Shown: piece after piece, positions 18,973 to 27,400 of the stretch
How the letters are laid out: every line of letters starts with the position of its first letter
How positions within the stretch are numbered: the first letter of the stretch is position 1
Notes under the pieces: generated by a model
Database searches by the model: none
What the model was told of the DNA's origin: nothing
Seen by the model: the letters and a program-made list of their open reading frames with translations, nothing else
Program-made: the position numbers and the translations under genes
DNA from: Bacteroidales bacterium
GTDB lineage: Bacteria; Bacteroidota; Bacteroidia; Bacteroidales; UBA7960
DNA length: 41,835 nt
Assembly (NCBI GenBank): GCA_007118135.1
Contig: SKSE01000023.1
Coordinates: 1 to 41,835 of the forward strand
Direction of reading: 5' to 3'

Positions 18973-21498
18973 TTAATAACCAAGCAAACTTCCCACCTGG
19001 AAAACGATAAATGATGCCAGCCAGGCGACACCTGTGGTGTAGAACACAGTAAATACTCCCCACTTCCAATGACCCGATTCTTTAATAATGGCTGCCAATA
19101 CACCAATGCATGGAAAATAGAGTAACACGAAAATCATAAATGAAAGTGCTACAATAGGTGTAAATACTTTTTTACCTTGTCTGGGACCATCAGAATATGT
19201 TTGTGTTTGCAGTTTTTCAGTAAGCGATGCACTATGCGTTTGCACATGCTCATCAGCCTGGTAAAGAACTCCCATGGTACTTACTACTATCTCTTTGGCT
19301 GCCAGTCCGGAAAGAAGACTGATACTCATTTTCCAGTCAAATCCCAGGGGAGCCATAACAGGCTCAATAAACCGGCCAAGATTGCCAATAAGACTGTTTT
19401 CCTGACGCTCCTGCAATATAGATGATTCCAGATTGTCAAGAACTGCATTACGTTCATTAAGAATATTTTCGCGCTCACTTTGAGAAACATCCGGAATGCT
19501 TGCCAGCATTTCTTCGTACTGGGTTTTTACTTCCTGTTTCTGAACTTCAAGCTTTCGGTTGTATTCAAAACCATATGGGAAATAGCCCAACACCCATATA
19601 ATTATTGACGCCACAAGTATGATTCCGCTGATTTTCTTAAGATAATGAACAGCTTTACTCCACATGTGTATAATGGCTGCTTTTAATGTAGGAACTCTGT
19701 AAGGAGGAAGCTCCATTACAAAAGGTACTTCTTCGCCACGGAAAATCGTTTTTTTGAATAATATGGCTGAAACCACCGCCGTAGCTATTCCCAGAGCATA
19801 AATCAGAAATAATATAGTTCCCTGGTAGCTGGAGAAAAATGCTGTTATAAAGAGAACGTATACAGGCAGACGTGCGCTGCACGACATAAAAGGATTAATA
19901 ATCATGGTAAGCAGCCGGTCGTTGCGGTTGGCAAGTGTTCTTGTGGCCATTATTGCAGGAACATTACATCCGAAACCCATAAGCATAGGTATAAATGATT
20001 TGCCATGAAGTCCTATTTTATGCATAAGCTTATCCATAATAAATACTGCCCGCGACATGTAACCTGTATCTTCCATTAAACTTATGAAAAAGAACAGGAG
20101 TATTATATTAGGCAGGAATACTATTACACCGCCAACACCACTTATTACTCCATTTATCAGAAGATCTTTCAACGGACCGGCCTGCATTGTATGATCAAGA
20201 TAAACGCTCAGATTTTCAACCCCGGTTTCAATCCATTCCATAGGGTAGGAGCCCAAAAAGAAAGTAACCGAAAACATTACCCACATAAAGAACAGAAAAA
20301 TGGGGAAACCGAATAGTTTGTGTGTAATAAGTGTATCAATTATTTCGCTGCTTTTACGTCTTTCACTTTCGGCAGGCTCGAGAGTTTCTTTCAGTGCACC
20401 GGTAATAAAACCGTATTTAAGGTCTGTGATAATTGTATCAGTGTTATCATTGAATTCATCCTCCAGCTTTTTAACCTCCTTTTCGGTACTTTCAAGTATA
20501 TCTTTGTGATTATGACAGTTTTCGACAATTTTTGTGGATATTTCAGGGTCTTTCTCCAAAAGCTTAAGTGCAAGAAATCGGGTAGAAACCCTGTCGGTTA
20601 AATGTTGGTTGCCCGGTGCATTGATTTTGTCCTGAATGAGTTTCAGCGATTTTTCAAAAGACTCACCATAATTGATATGAATGTGTCTTTGTGTATGATC
20701 TCTATCTTCAAAAACTTCAATTACTTTGTCGAATACATCTCTTATGCCCTTGCCTTTTGAACTTACAGCAGGAATAATGGGAATACCAATCATTTTTCCC
20801 AACGAGTCATAATCAAATTTATCACCCTTCTTTTCCAACTCGTCATACATGTTAAGAACCATCACAACCTTAATATCCATATCAATAAGCTGAGTTGTGA
20901 GATACAGATTTCTTTCAAGATTGGATCCGTCAACGATGTTAATTACAACATCGGGAAGATTCTCGGTAATGAAATCCCTTACAAATAATTCTTCAGGTGT
21001 ATATGCCGAAATGGAATAAGTGCCTGGTAAATCAGTAATATTAAAGCGATAACCCTTTTGTTTAAACCAAGCAAGCTTGGCATCTACCGTAACGCCACTG
21101 TAGTTTCCTACCCGCTCACGTGAGCCCGATGCATGGTTGAAGAAACTGGTTTTTCCACTATTGGGGTTACCCACCAGGGCAACATTGATGTTACGGCCGT
21201 TTTGCCGTGTAACTTTAAAACCTTCACTTACAATAACCCCCTCAAAATCTGAGCTTTTATAATCTCTTTCTTTATCGAGGGGCATTACCTCTATGAGTTG
21301 TGCTTCACTGCTGCGCAACGAAACATTATAGCCCATTATACTATATTCTATAGGATCTTTTAGAGGAGCTTTCTTAATTACTTCTACAGTTTTACCTGCT
21401 ACAAAACCCATTTCAATGATCCTCCTTCGAAAAGCCCCTCTTCCTTTCACCTTTAATATGATACCCTTTTCGCCGTTTTTTAGCTCCAATAAAGTCAT
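18973..21498 (-). CDS. feoB: Ferrous iron transporter, FeoA-FeoB fusion
   Basis: N-terminal FeoA (RRRIIEMGF...APLKDP...SLRSSEA), GNPNSGKTS, VGNYSGVTV, DLPGTYS, GFGCNVPA, MSCSARLP, FVMELPPY. Confidence 0.97.
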   Translation of the reverse strand: MTLLELKNGEKGIILKVKGRGAFRRRIIEMGFVAGKTVEVIKKAPLKDPIEYSIMGYNVSLRSSEAQLIEVMPLDKERDYKSSDFEGVIVSEGFKVTRQNGRNINVALVGNPNSGKTSFFNHASGSRERVGNYSGVTVDAKLAWFKQKGYRFNITDLPGTYSISAYTPEELFVRDFITENLPDVVINIVDGSNLERNLYLTTQLIDMDIKVVMVLNMYDELEKKGDKFDYDSLGKMIGIPIIPAVSSKGKGIRDVFDKVIEVFEDRDHTQRHIHINYGESFEKSLKLIQDKINAPGNQHLTDRVSTRFLALKLLEKDPEISTKIVENCHNHKDILESTEKEVKKLEDEFNDNTDTIITDLKYGFITGALKETLEPAESERRKSSEIIDTLITHKLFGFPIFLFFMWVMFSVTFFLGSYPMEWIETGVENLSVYLDHTMQAGPLKDLLINGVISGVGGVIVFLPNIILLFFFISLMEDTGYMSRAVFIMDKLMHKIGLHGKSFIPMLMGFGCNVPAIMATRTLANRNDRLLTMIINPFMSCSARLPVYVLFITAFFSSYQGTILFLIYALGIATAVVSAILFKKTIFRGEEVPFVMELPPYRVPTLKAAIIHMWSKAVHYLKKISGIILVASIIIWVLGYFPYGFEYNRKLEVQKQEVKTQYEEMLASIPDVSQSERENILNERNAVLDNLESSILQERQENSLIGNLGRFIEPVMAPLGFDWKMSISLLSGLAAKEIVVSTMGVLYQADEHVQTHSASLTEKLQTQTYSDGPRQGKKVFTPIVALSFMIFVLLYFPCIGVLAAIIKESGHWKWGVFTVFYTTGVAWLASFIVFQVGSLLGY

Positions 21499-21584
21499 AA
21501 CCGGATTTTGTAAAAGTAAACTTAGGAGCTCATTGTCAGTTCCTAGTCTGCAATTAATCTTTATTTAGATTGAATTAATTCAGG

Positions 21585-21592
21585 CAAATTTA
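21585..21592 (-). promoter_or_regulatory. Bacteroidota -7 promoter element TAAATTTG upstream of feoAB
   Basis: Matches TAnnTTTG consensus ~90 nt upstream of the start codon. Confidence 0.55.
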
Positions 21593-21796
21593 TAGAAAAA
21601 AAGGATCATGTAGGAATACTGTAATGAAAATCCCCATAAATGGGGATGATATATTACAGATAAAAATTCATAGGGTAATTGAAACTGAAAAATGTTCGGT
21701 AACATTACATACATTTGATATGTATGTTTTTTAATGATCCTTTATTTTTATACTTTTGTAGAATATTTTTTGAAAAATAATTTCCTGAAGAATCAG

Positions 21797-23725
21797 ATGA
21801 TTCCAGAGGCCGGCAAAATACTATCCACCATTGAATCTCCTTCCGATCTGAAAGGGCTTAACCTGGATCAGTTGATTCAGGTATGTGATGAGTTGCGTCG
21901 TTTTATTATTGATGCTGCCTGCATAAATCCAGGACATTTTGGTGCAAGCCTTGGCGTTGTTGAGCTAACGGTAGCCCTTCACCATGTTTTTAATACACCT
22001 TATGATAAACTGATTTGGGATGTTGGTCATCAGGCGTATGCTCACAAGATCCTTACAGGGCGCAGGGATATTTTTCATACTAATCGCAAATATGAAGGAG
22101 TAAGCGGGTTTCCAAAAATGAGTGAAAGCTCCTATGATGCTTTTGGAACAGGTCATTCATCAACCAGTATTTCTGCAGCTCTTGGAATGGCCATTGCCAG
22201 CGACCTTCAAAATGATAAAGATCGGCATCATATTGCAGTTATCGGCGATGGAAGTATGACTGCAGGTATGGCATTCGAAGCATTGAATCATGCCGGTGTT
22301 GCAAACGCCAATTTACTTGTTGTATTGAATGATAACGGTATTGCCATTGATAAGAATGTGGGCGCACTTAAAGAATATCTTACCGACATTACTACTTCGC
22401 GCACTTACAATAAACTCAAGGATGATATCTGGAATGCATTGGGTTCAATAAGCCGCTACGGCCCCAATACCAGGGGTTTGATTCAGAAACTTGAAAACGC
22501 CATAAAAACAACTTTGCTCAAGCAAAGTAACCTGTTTGAGTCATTGAATTTCAGGTACTTCGGTCCGGTTGACGGGCATGATGTTCAGCATTTGACCAAG
22601 GTATTAAAGGATTTGCAACACATTAAAGGGCCGAAACTACTGCATGTGATTACTTTAAAAGGAAAAGGTTTTCCGCATGCCGAAAAGGAGCAAACCAAAT
22701 TTCATGCTCCGGGTTTTTTTAATAAGCAAACAGGAGAATTAAAGGTAGCTCCATGTGAAAAAAATCAACCACCTCGCTACCAGGTAGTTTTTGGAAAAAC
22801 TCTGCTTGAGCTGGCAGAGAAAAACCCTAAAATTGTGGGCATTACACCTGCAATGCCCACAGGTAGCTCATTAAATATCATGATGAATGCTATTCCCGAA
22901 AGAGCTTTTGATGTGGGTATAGCCGAGCAGCATGCAGTTACTTTTTCAGCAGGTTTGGCAGCACAGGGATTAATCCCCTATTGCAATATTTATTCTTCGT
23001 TCTTTCAAAGAGCATTCGATCAGGCTGTTCATGATGTTGCACTGCAGAATTTACCGGTTGTTTTTTGCCTTGACAGGGCGGGACTCGTAGGTGAAGACGG
23101 ACCCACCCACCACGGTTCTTTTGATCTTTCATTTCTGCGATGTATCCCTAATCTTACGATAGCTTCGCCCATGAATGAGCAGGAATTACGCAATCTCATG
23201 TTTACTGCCCAGGATAATCCCAAAGGACCTATGGTTATCCGATATCCCCGTGGAAACGGTGTGATGAAGAACTGGAGAACTCCATTTGAAAAAATTCAGA
23301 TTGGTAAAGGCCGGAAGTTAAGAGACGGGAAGGAACTGGCTATAATATCAATAGGTCCGATGGGTAATGAAGTGCTCAAAGCTTGCAATTACATTGAAAC
23401 CCAAAGCAAAATCAGTGCAGCTATGTATGATTTACGTTTTATCAAACCCATTGATGAAAGGTTACTTCACGAAGTCTTCAAAAACTTTGATAAAATTATA
23501 ACCATTGAAGATAACGCAATAGCAGGTGGCATGGGATCTGCAGTTATTGAGTTTATGGCTGATAATGGATATAATGCCAGGGTTAAAAGGATGGGAATTC
23601 CTGATTACTTTGTCCAGCAGGGTACTCTGACGGAATTACACAAAGAATGTGGTTATGACTTTGATTCGCTTGTAAAAGAAATAACAACCATTTGCCGAAG
23701 TAGTTTTGCACTTTCGGCAAGCTGA
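21797..23725 (+). CDS. dxs: 1-deoxy-D-xylulose-5-phosphate synthase
   Basis: GHFGASLGVVELT, WDVGHQAY, GHSSTSISA, IGDGSMTAG, DVGIAEQHAV, DGPTHHG, IRYPRG; start set to MIPEAGK. Confidence 0.97.
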   Translation: MIPEAGKILSTIESPSDLKGLNLDQLIQVCDELRRFIIDAACINPGHFGASLGVVELTVALHHVFNTPYDKLIWDVGHQAYAHKILTGRRDIFHTNRKYEGVSGFPKMSESSYDAFGTGHSSTSISAALGMAIASDLQNDKDRHHIAVIGDGSMTAGMAFEALNHAGVANANLLVVLNDNGIAIDKNVGALKEYLTDITTSRTYNKLKDDIWNALGSISRYGPNTRGLIQKLENAIKTTLLKQSNLFESLNFRYFGPVDGHDVQHLTKVLKDLQHIKGPKLLHVITLKGKGFPHAEKEQTKFHAPGFFNKQTGELKVAPCEKNQPPRYQVVFGKTLLELAEKNPKIVGITPAMPTGSSLNIMMNAIPERAFDVGIAEQHAVTFSAGLAAQGLIPYCNIYSSFFQRAFDQAVHDVALQNLPVVFCLDRAGLVGEDGPTHHGSFDLSFLRCIPNLTIASPMNEQELRNLMFTAQDNPKGPMVIRYPRGNGVMKNWRTPFEKIQIGKGRKLRDGKELAIISIGPMGNEVLKACNYIETQSKISAAMYDLRFIKPIDERLLHEVFKNFDKIITIEDNAIAGGMGSAVIEFMADNGYNARVKRMGIPDYFVQQGTLTELHKECGYDFDSLVKEITTICRSSFALSAS

Positions 23726-23782
23726 TTTTGGCCATCAAGTTTAAATTTTATATTGTTTTAATTAAGTAAAAAAATACAGGTT

Positions 23783-24619
23783 TTGTCAGATATACTCTCT
23801 CAGCTTAGTGAAAGTCATAATGTATTGCTTGCCTTTGGCTTGACGTTATTTGCAGGCTTATCAACCGGTATCGGAAGTGCTATCGCCTTTTTCACAAAAA
23901 ACACAAATACCCGTTTTCTTTCATTGTCGCTGGGTTTTTCAGCCGGAGTAATGATTTACATCTCATTTATGGAGATCATGCCCAAAAGTATTGAAGTTAT
24001 GGCTGATGACCTGCCTGAACGAAATGCATACCTGATGGCAATTCTGGGTTTTTTTGCCGGAATGCTTCTGATAGCAGTTATTGACAGGCTTGTTCCAAGC
24101 TTTGAAAACCCACATGAAATCAGAAAGGTGGAAGACCTGGAACCCAGCCCGGAGGACATCAGAAAGAAAAAACTTTATCGTATGGGTGTTATGTCGGCTT
24201 TTGCTATTGCCATACATAACTTTCCGGAGGGTTTGGCTACATTTATTGTGGCACTTCAGGATATTAAGCTGGGATTACCTATTGCCATCGCTATTGCCAT
24301 ACATAACATACCTGAGGGCATTGCTATTTCAGTACCTATATTTTATGCAACAGGAAGTCGTAAAAAAGCATTCAAATACAGTTTTCTGTCAGGGTTGGCA
24401 GAACCATTGGGAGCCGTATTTGGATTTTTGATCCTTATGCCATTTCTGAATGATATTTTATTCGGGTTTATTTTTGCTTCAGTAGCCGGAATTATGATAT
24501 TTATTTCCATAGATGAATTACTTCCTGCTGCACGGGAGTATGACGAACCTCATCTTTCCTTATATGGATTAATGGCAGGTATGGCAGTGATGGCGGTAAG
24601 CCTTGTAATGTTTATGTAA
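23783..24619 (+). CDS. zupT: ZIP-family zinc/divalent metal transporter
   Basis: FSAGVMIYISF, HNFPEG, HNIPEG, SGLAEPLG, DELLP; TTG start uncertain. Confidence 0.93.
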   Translation: MSDILSQLSESHNVLLAFGLTLFAGLSTGIGSAIAFFTKNTNTRFLSLSLGFSAGVMIYISFMEIMPKSIEVMADDLPERNAYLMAILGFFAGMLLIAVIDRLVPSFENPHEIRKVEDLEPSPEDIRKKKLYRMGVMSAFAIAIHNFPEGLATFIVALQDIKLGLPIAIAIAIHNIPEGIAISVPIFYATGSRKKAFKYSFLSGLAEPLGAVFGFLILMPFLNDILFGFIFASVAGIMIFISIDELLPAAREYDEPHLSLYGLMAGMAVMAVSLVMFM

Positions 24620-24655
24620 AACAACAGAATTATTTAACCTGAACCAAAGATTAAT

Positions 24656-25075
24656 ATGTTTATAAGTGAAACCCAGATAAGAGTTAGATACGGAGAAACA
24701 GATCAGATGGGTTATGTGTATTATGGCAATTATCCTGCCTACTACGAAGTGGGTAGGGCAGAAGCCATGCGTAAACTGAGTATGACCTACCGGCAGATGG
24801 AAGAGAGAGGAGTAATGATGCCCATAGCTTCTATGCAGCTTAAATATATCCGGCCTGCACATTACGATGATTTGTTAACTGTACGAACCATAGTTAAAGA
24901 GTTTCCCAAAGCAAGAATGCATTTTTATTATGAAGTTTACAATGAGAGTAAAAAGCTAATCAATCAGGGTGAAACCATACTTGCATTTGTAGATATTAAG
25001 AGTGGCAGACCATGCCAGGCTCCTGAATGGTTTCAGGATGCCTTAAAAGAAAAATGGCCGGTTAAGGAGAACTAA
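24656..25075 (+). CDS. Acyl-CoA thioesterase (YbgC/FadM 4HBT family)
   Basis: RVRYGETDQMGYVYYGNY hotdog-fold motif. Confidence 0.92.
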   Translation: MFISETQIRVRYGETDQMGYVYYGNYPAYYEVGRAEAMRKLSMTYRQMEERGVMMPIASMQLKYIRPAHYDDLLTVRTIVKEFPKARMHFYYEVYNESKKLINQGETILAFVDIKSGRPCQAPEWFQDALKEKWPVKEN

Positions 25076-25142
25076 ACTATTTCCTAAAATGGTTTGTTGA
25101 CTTTAAATGTATTGATTATTAAATATTTCAATCTGTAAAACT

Positions 25143-25535
25143 ATGGAAATGGAAATCATACTGGGAGAAAACCAGAAAGTTAAAGCCAGATACAAAGGTT
25201 TTGAAATAGAAACTGATCAGCCTGAAAAAGCAGGTGGCGAAAATTCTGCACCTTCACCTTTTGATTTTTTCCTTATCAGTATAGGTGCGTGTGCAGGTTG
25301 GTATGTAAAATCATTTTGTCAGCAACGAAAACTCCCGGAGGAGGGTATCAAGGTATTTATGACAACCCACCGCAATTCTGAAACCAGAATGATAGAGAAA
25401 ATGAAAATTGATATTCGTTTACCACAGGATTTTCCTGATAAATACCGCGATGCCGTTATAAAAGCTGCCGGTGCATGTACGGTAAAAAAACACATTACAA
25501 ATGCACCCGAATTTTCTATTGTTACCAGCAAATAA
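25143..25535 (+). CDS. OsmC-family protein
   Basis: TDQPEKAGGENSAPSPFD, GAC and CTVKK conserved cysteines. Confidence 0.9.
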   Translation: MEMEIILGENQKVKARYKGFEIETDQPEKAGGENSAPSPFDFFLISIGACAGWYVKSFCQQRKLPEEGIKVFMTTHRNSETRMIEKMKIDIRLPQDFPDKYRDAVIKAAGACTVKKHITNAPEFSIVTSK

Positions 25536-25555
25536 TAATCTAAATTTGCAGCATT

Positions 25556-25918
25556 ATGAGCAAAAAGACATTAGTGCTAGGGGCAAGCCCCACACCCACA
25601 AGATATGCTTACAAAGCAGTTAAAAGATTGCTTTCTCACGGACATGAAGTTGTGGCCATAGGAAAAGTGGAGGCAGAAATAGATTCGGTTAAGATTACTA
25701 AGGATATGGACGACATTACTGACCTGCACACTGTGACCTTGTATTTAAATCCGGAGAAACAGGAACCCTATCTGGATTATATTATTGAGCAAAGTCCCAA
25801 AAGAATTATATTTAATCCCGGAAGTTATAATCCAAAACTTGATAAATTGGCCAAAGCTGCAGGTATTCAGGTTATGGAAGATTGCACGCTGGTAATGCTC
25901 GATATGGATGATTTCTGA
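25556..25918 (+). CDS. CoA-binding protein (YccU-like)
   Basis: VLGASPTPTRY, TVTLY, IIFNPG, CTLVML. Confidence 0.92.
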   Translation: MSKKTLVLGASPTPTRYAYKAVKRLLSHGHEVVAIGKVEAEIDSVKITKDMDDITDLHTVTLYLNPEKQEPYLDYIIEQSPKRIIFNPGSYNPKLDKLAKAAGIQVMEDCTLVMLDMDDF

Positions 25919-26021
25919 AAGTATTTTTCTCAGGATATCAGAATTTGTAAGATCTTTTATTGCCCCCGGTGCATCTGAGTGCGGGGGCACTATTATATTA
26001 TAATAATTGTAAAACAATATT

Positions 26022-27203
26022 ATGGAAACAAAAAACCTTGGCTTCGATTCCAGGCTTATTCATGCAGGAGCCTTTGATGACCAGTTTGGCAGTGCTACAG
26101 TGCCAATTTATCAAACATCAACCTTTAAATTTAAAAGTGCTGATCATGGTGCCGCATGCTTTGCAGGTGAGGACGATGGTTTTATTTATACCCGCATTAA
26201 CAATCCCACAATCGGAGCGTTGGAAGATTTGGTGGCCGAATTAGAGAACGGTTACCGCGGTGTGGCCTGCAGTTCCGGAATGGGAGCTGTAAATACCATT
26301 TATATGGCACTGCTCGAAAAAGGAGCTCATATGATTAGTACTGCTGCAGTTTATGGCCCGTCAAGGGTGGTGATGGAGAAACATTATTCACGTTTCGGAG
26401 TAGAATCGACCTATGTTGATACTTTCGACCCCGATAACATAAGAAAAGCCATTCGCCCCAATACTAAAATGCTTTATATAGAAACACCTGCCAACCCTAC
26501 AATGGATATTACTGACCTTGCAGAAGTTGTAAAAATTGCAAAGGAGCATAATCTTATTACCGTAGCCGACAATACTTTTTGCAGCCCTTATCTGCAGAAA
26601 CCGTTGGACTTTGGATTTGACCTGGTATTCCATTCCATAACCAAATTTCTTAACGGCCATGCCGACATTGTTGGTGGAATTATAGTAGCAAAGGATAAAA
26701 AATTATATGATCCTGTAAGAGCCATGATGGTAACACTGGGCTGCAACATGGACCCCCATCAGGCATACATGGCAATAAGAGGAATCAAAACACTCTCCCT
26801 GCGAATGGATCGCTCGCAGGAAAATGCCACCAAAGTAGCAGAGTTTCTCGAAAATCATCCTAAAGTAAAATGGGTAAGATTTCCGGGACTTAAATCGCAT
26901 CCGCAATACGAACTGGCTCAAAAGCAGATGAAAGGACCCGGTGGTATGATTAGTTTTGAACTTAAAGGTGGCATTGGAGCCGGAAAAACACTCATGAACT
27001 CTGTTAAGCTTTGCTTGCTGGCCGTTTCATTGGGTGGGGTAGAATCACTGATTCAGCATCCTGCCTCCATGACCCATTCCAAAATGGACAAAGCAGCACG
27101 CGAGAGTTCCGGAATAACTGACGGGTTGGTTCGTTTCTCGGTGGGTATAGAAAATATTGAAGATATTATCAAAGACCTTGAACAAGGACTTGATAAAATT
27201 TGA
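26022..27203 (+). CDS. PLP-dependent trans-sulfuration enzyme (methionine gamma-lyase / cystathionine gamma-lyase family)
   Basis: PIYQTSTF, YTRINNPT, SSGMGA, ETPANPT, DNTF, HSITKFLNGH, SLGGVESLIQHPASMTH. Confidence 0.92.
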   Translation: METKNLGFDSRLIHAGAFDDQFGSATVPIYQTSTFKFKSADHGAACFAGEDDGFIYTRINNPTIGALEDLVAELENGYRGVACSSGMGAVNTIYMALLEKGAHMISTAAVYGPSRVVMEKHYSRFGVESTYVDTFDPDNIRKAIRPNTKMLYIETPANPTMDITDLAEVVKIAKEHNLITVADNTFCSPYLQKPLDFGFDLVFHSITKFLNGHADIVGGIIVAKDKKLYDPVRAMMVTLGCNMDPHQAYMAIRGIKTLSLRMDRSQENATKVAEFLENHPKVKWVRFPGLKSHPQYELAQKQMKGPGGMISFELKGGIGAGKTLMNSVKLCLLAVSLGGVESLIQHPASMTHSKMDKAARESSGITDGLVRFSVGIENIEDIIKDLEQGLDKI

Positions 27204-27272
27204 ATTACCCGAAAACCCTGATTTTTATTCATATTTGAGCACCTGTTGTACTTGCCTTTGAAATTATATTTG

Positions 27273-27280
27273 TATTTTTG
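27273..27280 (+). promoter_or_regulatory. Bacteroidota -7 promoter element TATTTTTG upstream of the DUF349 gene
   Basis: TAnnTTTG consensus match. Confidence 0.5.
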
Positions 27281-27400
27281 TGGGCATTTTTAAAACCAGT
27301 TGATTATCAATATAAAACTGCATCTTGTAAGGATTTTATTATCATGCAGTTTTTCTATGTATTCTTCCTTAACTTTAGTTAGTAATTATTAATTGTTATT

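Noticed and set aside
18973-21498. FeoA-FeoB fusion as a novelty
   Set aside because: Well known in Bacteroidota.
25919-26021. SAM riboswitch upstream of the trans-sulfuration gene
   Set aside because: No recognisable SAM-I or SAM-II consensus elements; only a simple hairpin.
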